NCBI GenBank assembly: GCA_051294905.1
Contig: CM119371.1
Coordinates: 36,086,001-36,150,000, forward strand
Source of the DNA: Botryllus schlosseri
Lineage: Eukaryota
Direction of reading: 5' to 3'
Length of the DNA stretch: 64,000 nucleotides
The position numbers were made by a program, and so were the translations under genes. Below the pieces are notes generated by a model, which searched no databases, was not told the DNA's origin, and saw only the letters and a program-made list of their open reading frames with translations. Shown here piece by piece: positions 1-14,100 of this stretch. How positions within the stretch are numbered: position 1 is the stretch's first letter; each line of letters begins with the position of its first letter.

Positions 1-2939
1 AATTATGCTGCTTGTAGCCGGCTAAGCAGTATGCATCTCGTCGTATTCAACCGTGAGTCGCGTGTTGCACATCTAGTCATCATAGGGTTACCATACGTCC
101 TCTTTTAAGATGATTTGTCCTAATTTTTGATTTTTTTAAATGTGTCCTCGGAAAACGCCCAAATGTGTTCTTTTTTGAGGATTTTCGTGACATATAGGGC
201 CCAATTCGACTGATATACATTAAGTCAGCACTGTAGAAACGCTACGGTGGCTATTTCGGGAGCTGGACCGGAAAGTTTACCTTTTTTTCGGTCAACCACC
301 TGTTAGAGTGAAGGAAAAACTGTATTTTCCGGGAGTTGAGCCTCTTTTTCTTTTTTAGTCAAGCGACCACGAAGTGGGAAAAATTTACCATTTTTTCAGG
401 ATTTTCCTCCGATTTTGAAAGTTATCAATACCTATTTATATCTATAGCTACTGCTCGTTCAACTGGAAAGTTAGGGCACATTGCATTGAAACAGCAGTGA
501 CGAAACGTTAGCAGTCTATACTCACAACTTTACTGCAATTCTATAATCAAAAACTAGAGAGGACAAGCCAAACAAGAGTATTTTATAAATATAAATTTTC
601 TTTTTTGTCATAAATCGATTTCTTAAAATATTTTGGGGGCCGCAAGAAGGCTATCTGGGGGCCGCACTTGGGAATCACTGGATAATGTCATCGTGCAGCC
701 TACTAATGTATGAGATGACAGATGCCAGATTTCGTTTCTACGTAATAATTGACGAAATGCGCTAACAAAAAGCCAATAGTAAATTGACTGACTGATTGTT
801 CGCGTGCTGTAATTAGGCATTAACTTACAAGGTGTTTTAATGCTGTAATAATGCACTATTACAACAAGTACAGTCGGCTCCGCTTATTTCCTAGCAGTTT
901 GGTTCCGCTCATTGTGCCGAATTACGCGCAAATCAATTGTTCCCTTCATGGTCATGCGTGAAGGCGCACAACGCAATCAAAATACGGTGCTTGCTTTTGC
1001 GTAATAAATGGATTGCAGCTAGGCGATACTGCAGTAACTGACACAGTCGGATAAAACGCACAATATATATTAACTTCAGATTAGCGTTGCATTCTAAAGT
1101 AGTTTCGATACCAAACCATTCATTAACTACAGTATACTGTATTACTGTGTATGCCTACTACACGCATATATGGTTCAAATAATATTTTTTCATATCCCTA
1201 CCTACGCAACTAACTGCCGAACTGTCAAGGAAGACTCTTCACTTATTTCGTCGTTTTTAGTAGTTTCATTCAATTGAGTTTGTTGCGCTGCGGGAATCTA
1301 GATTTTGCCTGCTGCGCAGAGAGCCAGAGTTTAAATGTTTGTGATTGATCGTCAGCTGGCACTATGACGTTATACGCAATCTGATATTTACTGACGCGGA
1401 GCCGCGTCTCGAATTGCAGAATTTGTAAAATCCTCAAAATGTCACCTTTCAGAGGCACTCACGAACACGACACACATTGTCATTTTTGTGTGACCCTGTA
1501 AATCTCCATGTAATCTTCAATAGTTTTTATCACCCTATACGTTTGGTTTGAAACGATACCTTGTCTTGGCGAATAAGACTGTATGTATTTAGTTGTGTTC
1601 GTTCCGCTGCGTTGTAAGCACTCATCAAAACACGCCTGCAGGCACGCGGCTGGAGGCGTTCCTGTGATCTGAGTGATGGCTTGAAAACATACTACAATCT
1701 TAGTGTAGTACTGAACGAAGTACGCAGTTTGCATTTAAGAGACTCCGTGGTCGAAAGTGACGTTTCGTGCTGAAATCGCTCTGTTAATTCGTATATTTGC
1801 CGAATTTCTGGGATATGTGTCTGTGGATTTTAACGAGTCACTTCCAGAATCCGTCAGCATTATTAAATTAGTCAGAAATTTAGTTACAAATCTTAATATT
1901 TACATTGCAGACTTGTGTTGTCATTAGGGCAGTTACCACGGTAATTTGTGCGGGCAATTATCGCAATTACGGTGCTCAATGCTCACTGAAATTAAAAATT
2001 CAGATCAATAGTCAGACAGCGAGTTGTGTTGCCTGATAACCAGGGAATAAATTTCAGTATCAATGCAGCAATTATCTTGGCAATACCGATTACAACTGAA
2101 CAATCGCACGACGTTGTAGACCGCTATTAGGAGCTCGGGAACCAGGGAAGTTGTAAAATTCCAACAGCGTGTTATCTGCTTTATCTCCATACGGAAATGT
2201 CCAATTATAAACGGTCTACAAATATTTGATACGTACGGCAACTAGCTGTAATAGGCATTCATTCACAGTGTCAGACGATTCGATATATCTTTTGTAGGTA
2301 GTCGCGTTTTGGAATTCGAAACTTTGTTTAAAACCATATTTATTTTGTACACAATGCAGTGTAAATCCAACGAAATCCATGACAACTTGAACAAGTAAGA
2401 AGACTTGGATGTATTACATAGCACTAAAAGATTACAGTAGTGATATTCTAAATTGTGTGTACTGCCGTACTGTTTAACACGGCTCCTCACCACGAATGAA
2501 ATGTTGAAATGCATATTCGATGTTCGTTACACATCTTGCAGACATATGTGCGACCCGCCGTTAGTAATTATCGACAGAGAAAATAGAAACCTTTCACCTT
2601 TTCTCTGTAAGCTTGTTAAAATGACAGGGTACACATCGCTCGTAAATAGCATCAAAGCTAGACGTGTACGGGATGATTTAATTAATTATGAGGTTGTATA
2701 TCTGTTAATAGCAGTGGCACGCTTCTAGAGCAGGAAAACCGTATTGATTGCGATTTTCAAGAACAGAGGAGATATTCAGCTGTGTATAGTAATTATAGAC
2801 ATCTGCATAGAGGAATCCACTTGATCAGTCACACCATAAGGATATGCGAGGAAAAATGAATGAATCAAGACTGAGAAGGGAAACTGAGATAAGCAAGTAA
2901 CAGTCTTGAGTTATGCCAGAGAAGAGCCCGACGGACGCA

Positions 2940-4288
2940 AGTTCAGCTTAGTTCAGTTTAATAATAATTTCATCATTTCAATACACCCCAAGACTGCGAT
3001 ACAATGACAAAAGGAAGGTGTCGAAACGACTTGGAGTAGTCTTCGATATCAGACACCCACCTGACCTAGGAAATATAAAAAAAGAGGCATGCACACTGAA
3101 TGAAAGCTAAAGGAAGATGATATAAAAGGACAGGTGATAAAAAAGGTGGCATGTGTCGAAAGGCGAGATCGATATGTCATGTCTAGGTCTGGTAAACTAG
3201 AAGGCTAACTAGTAGGGATGGTGTGAACCTCTGACAGGCTCAGGCTCAGGTGAACGCGAACCTTTTCGAAAGGTTCTGTGTGAACGCGAACGTGAACCTC
3301 ATGACGTCACGTGACGTCATATTGCTAATTCCAACCCTACATTTCAGCGAAGTGATAGGCTGATAGCCTATATTAATGTACACTATACCTAGCGACGACT
3401 CAGGCCACATAATGCCACAATGCTGAGGTACACATTGAGGTTTTAAACGTCGTCAAATGTATGAACTGGGGCAATCATATGATATAATAATCCCATAAAA
3501 TCAATATCTTTTGTAGCTTTTCCAACAATTCCGACGAGGACTTGCAAGCTTACGCCTTAACGGTCTATAGGCAAGACCGGAAAATGTATTTGGCGTCTCA
3601 GTATTCCGACGTTGATATAGAGCAGAGTGTAAAACGGGTTTCTATAATTGCTACCGCTATTTCCCCATTAAAAAGCTATACAACAGTAGCCAACATCTCA
3701 ATTGCACTGATTGGGTTTTTATGATACAATTAACATACGAAGTCAAGATTGACCCCGTACACCTGCTAGATTTTTACATCAGATAACGATATCAATTTCA
3801 TTGATTACTTGAATAAGCATCAGTCGCTGACTACATGTAGTGTATTTTGCTCTTGATGTTGTGTGATTGCGGGTCAAGCTCTCAGCAGAGAGTCACTAAA
3901 TATTAACAAACAGAAAACTGGATATTTAGAGCAAACTTTTGTAACAATGCATGTACAATTTTGGAGATTGTCAAGGTGCGTGAGCGTCTAGTGATAATTT
4001 TTTATGCTGCCAGCACCATGCATAGAGTGGCCCGCAGTTGAAATGCAATAAATTTCAACCAAAGATGTTATAATGAAGTGAAAATTGTAATAGAATAAAA
4101 AGGTTCACAGTGCAGAACCTACCAAGGTTCGTTTGTGAACGTGAACATCTGAATGTCTGAGGTTCACACACAGAACGCGAACGTGTACCTCACATTCACA
4201 CCATCCCTACGAACTAGTATTGATTCAGTAGAAATTGCTTGTATTTTGACTTGAATGTGGACATACTCGATGACTGTCGGATAGCCGG
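2940..4288 (-). mobile_element. 5'-truncated CR1/L2-type LINE relic (ORF2 C-terminus + 3'UTR), interrupted by a MITE
   Basis: Minus strand 4288-4214 reads PAIRQSSSMSTFKSKYKQFLLNQY*, resembling the typical CR1/L2-clade ORF2 end; 3'UTR resumes below 3212 and ends in a short AACTG-type repeat tail near 2940-2960. Confidence 0.6.
3213..4209. mobile_element. hAT-type MITE family A (TIR TAGGGATGGTGTGAA), copy 1
   Basis: Terminal inverted repeats; 8-bp TSD CTAACTAG/CGAACTAG; homologous copy at 9500-10336. Confidence 0.88.
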
Positions 4289-7200
4289 CGTTGTTTGGAT
4301 AAATTCGAATGTGTTACGCTGCTGGAGGCCGGATAAACGTTCTAACATATTATATAACAAAGATATTTTTCCAAACAGTGTTCACTGTAATGTCTCGCTA
4401 TTGCTGCTGAAATCCTGTGGATATCCTAGAGATAAACAAACTGTTCGTTTTGGAAGGCTCGTAGACAGGTTGCAAAAGAGATGGTTCATGATCACGCATG
4501 AGCGTCCAGTGTTATGAACCCTCCTGATTTAGACGTCTATATTTCTACAAGGTCAACGTTGCTCATATTTCCTACATATAAGCCGATTAATATCAGTAGA
4601 AGCTTTGGAAAGCAGTCGGCAATATTCTTCTAAAATACGATTTCTAATCTGTTCCATTTTTAACAATTCGGATCCTGTGTTTATCCGCAATTGGTACTGT
4701 ATAACTTTGTTGTGGTTTCGCAGTAATAATTATTTCGCAGTGCATTTCAAATCGGCTCTAACGCGCAATCAATGTAAAAGCATTGAGTGTAGCAGCGATG
4801 CATGTTAGAAGTAAATTGCTGCTGTCTCAAAACTATTTTAGGATCGGTGATGCGATTTGCAATAGATTGACATGACATGAGTCAGTGGTTATAATCCATC
4901 ACGATTACAGAGTGCGGTGGATTCGACGTAATAATAACAAAGTGCAGGATGAACGTTCGATTAAATTCCACGCTGAATATGCTGGCCACTTTGTGAAATC
5001 TAAATTATAATTACGGCAACAGCCTAATTTCATTTAATTGAAGATAATCGCAACATGGCATACTTTATTCCGTGGAACTATGCAGTCAGTACCTATAGGT
5101 CGAAGGTAGAACGTTGAAAGACCGTAGGAAAATTTGAGCATGAGCTGAATCTTATAGCGCTTTCGACGAGTACAGTCAGATTTGCTGCTTATTGCATGTG
5201 AGTTTTAGTTTGAGACAAAATGTCTGATACGATATACACAATGACATTTTTACAATCTCCATCGACAGTTCGGTGACTTAATAGTTTATTGTACTAGTAT
5301 AATGCAGCTCATAACAGCGTTCGGGACATATATATAATTATGTGATGTGCGTGAAGTGATCAAATATGGTTTGATTGATTAGAGAGTTACCCGATTCCAA
5401 CGTTCGGTGTATTGGACTTAGTTGTATATTCTTAAAATGTAACGACGTGCGTATCACAATATATAATACCGGACAGTATTTAGCGGTAAAATTATAATAT
5501 ACATGCACAATGTGCATTATATTAAGGAGGGAATGTTTATGTCAATAATTTTGCAAGAACACTAACATTTATAACGAGTTCTAACGAAAGATAGTCGGCA
5601 CTGCGACACTTTACTTACTGTGTTTCTTAACCTTTTTAGCGCTCGCACCCCTTGAGCTTTTAATAAAATTGCTCGTATCTACTATCCATGTTCACCACTA
5701 CTTCCGATGGTGCAGATATAACAATCAAAAACAACGTCAACATGAAATCGCACGAAGCGCGAAGAAATGTTTTGTGTTGAATAAATTTTGGCACGGATAC
5801 GATTCCACTTTTTAGTGGTTTGCAAAATAATTTTAGGCTCTAGATGGCAGACAGGCCTAATTCCACAACGTATCTCGTACCAAACTGATTTGGTGCTCCA
5901 TTCCCCGAATGTATATTTTGAGATTTGGTGCCACACAAAACATAGCACAGAATATATGTTATCTGGGTGCAATTGGGTTGAATCATTTTGCCCAGCGAAC
6001 TCTTATGAATGATTGTACTGATGAGATTCCAAAAGAAATTTCATGTCTTCATAGCATTCAGTGATCTTCACGGAATGTCCAACAGCAGCAGAACCACTGA
6101 CGTTGCCATTGTGTATACGTAGCACTGCCTTGAAATTCTTTATAAATGAGTCCAAAAACAATCGTCATTGTGCCTAACTGCAGACTATACCCAAAGCTGA
6201 TATCATTCCTGATACATATTGACAGTATATTAGGGAATGGCCTTCGTCATAACCGAAATATTATTCGAAACTGTATATCTATATTTCGATACCAGTAATA
6301 TTTTGTTCGTGGAGCCGAAAAGTTGTTCTCATGTAGTCGTGATCCTAAGAGCTGAACCATTTGCCAAAAACTATATCTGACGGATAGCAGTTTTGGATTC
6401 AGCATCAAATAGTACACTAAGAACCGACAATACTTTAGTAGCCTAAACATTAACGCGGCACAGTGTTTCGGAAATAATCAAAGGTGGTTCATTACTACTA
6501 GCAAGTACAAGTATATATAGCGATTTACTATAGCAAGTGAACAATAAGCCTTCGAAGCCTAGTTTTTCCTTTAAAAGTGCCAAGTAGCCAACGTTCACAT
6601 CCGCTTGAGTAAGCTTCGCAAGTAAGTAAACGCAGAATCTTGTCGTTACTGATCACGCCTTGAAATAATCAGTCGTTTTGCCCATAAACCAACCAGAGTA
6701 GGCGGCCAACACATGCTTGAGATCCAATGCCAATGTCTCACATAAGTAGGGCATTAGTTTACGCTAGCAGACGGAAGAAATCGTCAACGGATCGCTGCTG
6801 CATTTGACATCAACGGTTAGGCAGTCAGGTCAATACTGGTCTTTACTTTCCAACGTGTGACATCGGGCGACGATAAGGATGCTATACATTACACGAAAGT
6901 CACATTCCAGCGGTCAATTTTGAGATTATCTCGATCAGCGATGCTTGGAAGTTACTTCGAATCCATTATTCGCGGGTCAATTACTTACTGTCAAGTCACC
7001 CGAGGGCAACCGTTCGCCTATTACCAACACAATTGCGGTGGAACGCCTGTGAGAACCTGAGATTTCGTTTGACATGTTCGTCTGTAATTTTGTCTGCATC
7101 AATGGCGAGCATCTGGCATTCAGATAAAGCGGTAGATTCGTCATTATTTGCAAACTTCTTACATACCTTTGGATATGAAACTATAATTTTATGAAATACA

Positions 7201-8145
7201 GCTAAGCTGTGTTGACGACCCTGATCCAGAGGTGGTCGTTAACGAGATATGTCTATTTTTTCGGAGTACTCAAGACTGTTTGTCCTACTTACGACGCATA
7301 ACTTACTCGGGTGGTCATGTTTGACACTAATAGCACTTTATACTACTCTTCCTTAACATTTTTTTATTCAAAACTAGGGATTTTTTTAAATTTTGGATTC
7401 TATAAAGAATAAAGTTGTTTTGGAGTATATTTTCGCATTTTTACGAGTAAAATCGTCATAACAAGTAGATGAAACAACCATGTATTGAGGTAGGCCTATG
7501 TGATTGCATTTCGAAAATTGCAGCTATTCTTGGTATTATCTATCACTTTTCGTTGGCCGGGAAGATGCATTCAGCAATTCATAAAATAACGAAGTCCAAA
7601 TAACTCATAAAATCTACTTTTCAAACTGCTTACTTAAATACTCTTCATACCCTTAATTTCTACTTTCGAAGTAGCTGTGACATGCTTTAGAAATCTTTAC
7701 TTTTACTTCTAATGTAGATGAAATTCACGGTCTTGGCTATATATACTTTGACTATCTCTGATACACTGATACTGATATACGCACATATATATATACACCT
7801 ATGCTAACATTGTGTGTAAAGTTTGGCCTGTTCGGACATTCTTTCAAATGCAATTCAGCATAGAGAACATTAAGATACCAAAATGAAAACGAAACGCCTT
7901 TACTGTTCTTGCTTAAGATATAAGATTACCAATTGCCCAAGCAGATCTCAGAATATGTACAGGATGTACACACATCTCTATTTTACCATCTTAGATCTAA
8001 TCCCTATCACTACATCGACGACAAGAAAAAGCTATTTCAGTTCAACACAAAGATTAGAGCTCTGATTGCGTATTTCTCTGCTATAACATGACAGTCTTTT
8101 ACAGTCTTTGAGACAACAATAATAATTCAATCACCGCCATTTATA

Positions 8146-11100
8146 ATGATTCGCAAATCTTCTCTGAAATTGCTACTGGACTTCATGTATCATAAGAGCG
8201 TTCGTCGGGTTTTGAGAAAGTAAGTTCAACCCGTTCCTGAGTACTGAATCAAATATAAGCAGGCCTTTTTTCTTTACAGATGCGCTACGGTCGTGAAGAT
8301 GGCTGCTTTTATCCTGTGCCTTATGATGCTGTCGGGTTTCTTACATGCTTCCTTCGAGCAATCAGTACTAGAGCCCCAATCGAGAGGTGAATTTCAAGAG
8401 ATTGACATACATACAGTCCTACATGTTTGCAAGGACCCTAAAATACAAGTATCACATTCTATGAAATGCATCCTTATGACTCCACTCAATACCGCGTTAT
8501 ATTGAGCGGACACTGTTCAGTAGCGAAGTAGCCTACTTCTAATTTTTCGAAGTATTACAATAGAGTTTGTCAGCTTGTAGACGACTATTTGCTCGAGCAA
8601 GTATGTTTTTAGGTCCCTTCCATACTTCTACTTGAACTGTACCTTTCACACTGTTGATTTAATCAAGTTTGAATTAGTTTTTGGATAAGCTCCCAGTACT
8701 TTTACGAGTGGAATTTCCATGGAATCCGCTTGAAATAGTCTCTGTATTTTGGTAGCTATATAAATATATATTTGAAGTTTGGTTCTATTTGTATTGTCTT
8801 ATTAGCACGGTTGTAATCACGTCACAAGGTCCCGAGTCATAAGTCAATTATACTTTTAAAGATTCGACCCAAGTCCAGTCGATTCATTTTCAATTCACAA
8901 CCGAGTCAAGTTCGGGTCGATGTCACGGATCAAAGGTTCTATTCCGAGTCAGCGTGTTATGACTCGAGTACGAATCCAAGTCATTGTGTTCAGCACTCAT
9001 TTCCTCGTTCAATCGTGTTCAGTTCACTTTTTACAACTCTGTTTGGATTATCGCATTCATATTATAGTAATTTGTATCCAATGCTCCCTCTAAGCTGCGC
9101 ATGTGCGCAGATGCGCAGTGCTGAGACGGTCTCTGCGAACAGAAAATCTCATTTGCGCACAAAAAATCCGAAGTAATGACATTTATTTTAGTCGTTACAC
9201 ACTGTCTTCCTAGGGTCTGCGCAGTGAATTGGTGAGTGTGCGAAGAATCGTCCAAAATTAGAGGGAACATTGTTTGTATCCCTTTACACAGTTTCCGACC
9301 TTATTTTACTAAAACCACTACTGATTGACGAAATACCAGTAATGTGGTAGCTTAGAAGTATACTAATCTTCGAAGTTACAACGAAATGCCTGTCTTGGCC
9401 GTCTGAGTCTCGAGTCATATGACTTGCGGTACTAGTCATGCGCAATAACTCGAGTGCAGGTCGCGTCAATACACAGATTGACTCGAGTCGGGTCATTACT
9501 AGGGATGGTGTGAACCTCTGGAAGGTTCAGGCTCGTGTGAACGAGAACCTTTTTGAAAGGTTCTGTGCGAACGCGAACTTGAACCTCATGACGTCACGGG
9601 ACGTCATATTACCAATTCCAACCCTACATTCCAGTGAAGTGATAGCCGATCATAATGCACACGATATCTATAGAGACCACTCGGGTCACATAATGCCACG
9701 ACACTAAAGTGCATATTGACGTTTTAAACGTCGCCAAATGCATCAGCTGGGACAATCAAATGATATAATAATGCCATAAAATCAATATCTTCCGTCGCTT
9801 TGCCAACAATTTCGACGAGGACTGCAAGGGAATATACGCTTACGTCAGGGGTCGGCAACCCCCGGCACGGGTGCCATTTGTGCGCCTGCTAGATTTTTGA
9901 CATCAGACAACGATATAATTTCCATTGATTGGTTGAATAAGCATCATTCGCTGATTACCTACATGTAGTGTATTTCGCTCTTGATGTTGTGTGATTACAC
10001 ACACCTCACAGCAGAGAGTCACTAAATGGTCATAAACGGAAAGCTCGATATTTCGAGCAAACTTCTGCAACAAAACAAGTAAAATTCTTGAGATTGTCAA
10101 GTTGCATACTCGTTTAGTGTTGATTTTCTTATGCTGCCCGTGCTATTCATAGAGTGTTATGCAGTTTCAATGCTATACATTTCAACCAAAGATGTTATAA
10201 TGCAGTGAAAGTTATAATATATAAAAAAGGTTCACAGTGCAGAACCCACCAAGGTTCGTTTGTGAACGTGAACCTCTAAATTTCGGAGGTTCAGGCACAG
10301 AACGCGAACGTAAACCTCACGTTCACACCATCCCTAGCCATTACAACCCTGGTCATTAGTCATTTTGCGTTGGTGCCGAAGATACAAATCGTGATTTCGA
10401 AAGAGCTGCCGCCGAATAACCACCAAACGTATGCGAACCATCGACGAAATCCACATTTGAAGCTACTTTTTCGATTACACTTTACACACTCCCATATTTT
10501 TGAAGAGCTTTTGGCATTGTTTAGGAAGTCACTATACCCACCTGCAGTTCCGAAAGCATTCACTGCCGATTAACTGCAAAATTCATGCAAATTCAGGACC
10601 AAATCTACTTTTCAAAAGTACCTACATGAGTATTTACCGTGGACATGTCAATTTTTTATCTCCACTTGAAACTTTTGATACGTCCTCCGAATCGCTACTG
10701 CTACTTTTACTTGAGTATGGAAATGTACATCACAAATCATATCTTTCTGAGTAGAAACACCGCTCACAGATTTAGTTCTTAACTGGTATCTCTATTGATT
10801 TGTAGAAAACGGAAAATTCCTATTGCGTCACCAACGCCAATTAGCTGACGAGAGGTCAATAAGAGACGAAGTCGCCGCGCCGGCATTACAAACTTTACGT
10901 AAACCCAACGATGTAAAAGTCGCGTCGCAGCTATCGAAAGACGCGCGATCGTCTGAAAGCGATGACGAATTCGTTCCCAAGCCTGTGGCGCTAGGTAACG
11001 TTCCACTGTACATGGCCGTTGATTACAACGTTTTCAAGACCAGGGCTTTCAAGGACAGGGAGCGGGAGATACAGCTGGGTTGGAGCAAACGCATACAAGC

Positions 11101-14100
11101 GAAACAGTTTTCTAAGGTATATGTAGCTGTAACGTCCAATGTCAAATTTAACAACTTTGGCGACCTCTTGCTCTGGCTAATATTCGTTGCGTTACCTATT
11201 TTCAGACGCCTCCGAATCCAAACTTCGTGTTCCACAATAAATTGCCGAAGAGCGGAAGTTCGACGATGAACAACATCTTGAAAGCTCTGAGCAAAGACAA
11301 CAAGTACGTTCGTGGGTGCCTTATTCCGTCTCGCATGAACACCGGTGGTATCGCCAGGTTATACACGGTAGCTCAGGGGTTCCCAACCTGGGGGGCGCGC
11401 TCCCCTTGGGGGGCGTGGGAAGCTCTCAGGGGGGGGCGCGAGAAATTGATCACGTCTGTATGAATTCTGACTAAAAATGTGCTTCACAGTCATTCTGAGA
11501 AGACGATTGTTAAAGATGAAACTTATTTCGTAATAAAGAAATCTCGCCAAATTCTAACTCCAGCGGTCGGGCTCAACGGAGTATAGGCTGATTTTAACTT
11601 CATTTGAGCAAATTTTTGATATTCTTTGAAAATTTGGAGCAATTCCCACGTGTAAGTCATTCATTACTTCATAGCTTTGTCAGTAGCCTAAAGTTTGGTG
11701 CGCTGGGTAGCTGCTGTTAATAATTGGCGAACTGCACTGCCTAAGACAGATTTAGATACAAAATAAGTTGCCCGGTTTCGCGCTCAGTTAAGTTACCCTA
11801 AAAACGCAATTACTCAATTCCAAAACTGATAAAATTTAGCATGGCAGTACAGAACGATGCCGTGCCCTCTGTAGTCACTACCAGCATTAGGTGCAACCTA
11901 CCTACCCAATCTATGTGCAACCTACCTTGAAATAATTTGATGTCCTGTTCAATGTTTTATTTCTATTTTCAAACAAGTTTGGGGAAATTTGTCGGAAATG
12001 TTAAAGACTCAACAACTGGAATGCGGATTTAAACTTGGCGTAAGACATACCATATGTAATTATGTATACTATTAGATCACGGAAGGGCAACCTGTTGCTG
12101 TAGATGGGAATTTGTGCGGCCGTCGACAACTAATTCAATTGGTATGTGTTGGCATCCGTCGACATGCAAATTGAAATTACAAATTCACTCCCAAATATTT
12201 GAGAGATTTCACTTACTTTTGAAATTTTCTTCACACCCCGCGCAATTCAACATAACTTAATTTTTCGATATTAATAGTAGCGCCCTTCTCACTCTGAGCC
12301 GGAATCGGAATCGTGTGCTCCTCACGAAAGAAATTTGTTTATGGTACATTTGGGCGATTTCAATATATTTCCACTACCGATGCAATCGACAATCCTGATC
12401 GGGGGTCAAGAAATAACAGCATGCAACCAAGTGACTTATAACATTTGGCCCACCCGAAGATGCATTATCATTTATAACTTGCCCTAAATTTTAAAAAGCT
12501 CTCCCTCAATGAACTCTACCGGTGTATCTGATCACATGGACTAAGAGAGGATAAATATTTGTTAATAATATGTGATACTGCTACTATTAATTACGGAATT
12601 CATTCGTGAATCTCAAAAATCCCAGCACTATTCATAACGTTGCGACTCGCAATTTCGGTACGTACAAAAGGCTTTTGTTAAAAGTATAATAGCCCGGACT
12701 CCAAAGTTCAACGACAATGGATATGGACAGATTAACATGGGTATTTCGCGTTCAGTTAGTTCATTACGGCTATGCCCTGGAATGCTGCCTTAGGCTACAT
12801 GAGTAATCGAAATGGGCCGTGATTAGCAAAAAGGTTGCCTACCTCTGTATTAGATGATGTGCTCTTTTTGACATGACGAAAAGTGTAGGGGGGGGTCAGG
12901 GGGGGGCGCAATATTTTCGACCATCCCCAAGGCGGGCGCGTGTCCAAAAAGGTTGAGAACCACTGCGGTAGCTGCATACAAGTGGGACTGACAGTGGATA
13001 TGACTGTTTCAATCTGATCCTGGAATAAAACTAGTGATCGAGTTTAAATTAGTTGTCAGCCAATTATATCCCTAAAATCCGTCCGATATTTTACAAAAAG
13101 CCATTGACAGTAACTAGTAATTCAACCCGATTCGCTAATCGTATAGATTTTACTTGCTAAAACCGACCACTTGACAACACTATTAGGAGTGGTTGTTTGA
13201 TAGCTGGTATTGGAGTCGCAAAGCTTGTAGCTTTTAACTCATGTTTCTGAGGAAAATCGGCATGAACTTTTAACTATAGGTCCGTACAGTGACGTGCGGT
13301 GAGGTTCATGACTGGTGAGGTACTGACCCCCCCCCCCCCATCCCACACACACACACACACGCGCGCATGCGTAACTTATCTAATAAATATACACGAATAT
13401 GTGAATGACAACATAAGCATGATAAACCGGTAGGCGGGAGCGTTTCCTTTGCACCCTGTTAGCTGCCATTATACATTCTATAATACATATTTAAATTATT
13501 TCCTTTTGTGAAATATTCAGTTATATGCAAATTGCTCAACGAAAAGGATGAAACGAAAAGGACAACACTATTTTCTTTAAGATCCTAATTTCGGTTTTAT
13601 GTTCGCTATTGCTCGTCCAATCTTCTGTTCACAAGATGGAAATGAACAGTGTAATGTCACACACTAGCATAAAACTTGGTTTAAGAGATCATTCAGACTG
13701 TGGCAAATCAGGCTTAGATTGATGATTTTGGTTGACAGAGAAAGAGTCTTTATTTTCATCCAACCAAAATACATAACAGACGGCAATGATGGTGGTACAG
13801 AAAATATGCATGCACTGCACAATCGCACATACACACTATTCGGTATTAGATAGTAATGATCGATACGACCTTGAGGGTCAACTAGTCTGATCACTGGGGA
13901 ATGGGGATGCAGATTTCCGTGGATTAAAATTCGCAAATATGTAAGACCTACAAGGTTAGCTGATGAAGTTTGGGACCTGTTTCTTATCACATCAGCCATC
14001 TTCACATCCAGGTTATTTAGGCTACTCGTCGCCATCTGTTCCAAGCGGTGTCTTAGAAATGCCTAGAAGCGGGCAGCGTTACAAGTCGGCAAATACTAAT

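Noticed and set aside
623..8065. Short ORFs in the first 8 kb
   Set aside because: No recognisable domains or consistent splice chain; consistent with chance ORFs in intergenic/repeat DNA (except the LINE relic).
10823..11269. 148-aa ORF as a standalone gene
   Set aside because: It is exon 3 of the sulfotransferase read through into the following intron.
13664..14044. 126-aa minus-strand ORF as a transposase or gene
   Set aside because: Lies inside a non-autonomous hAT element, starts at a SINE fragment junction, no recognisable motifs.
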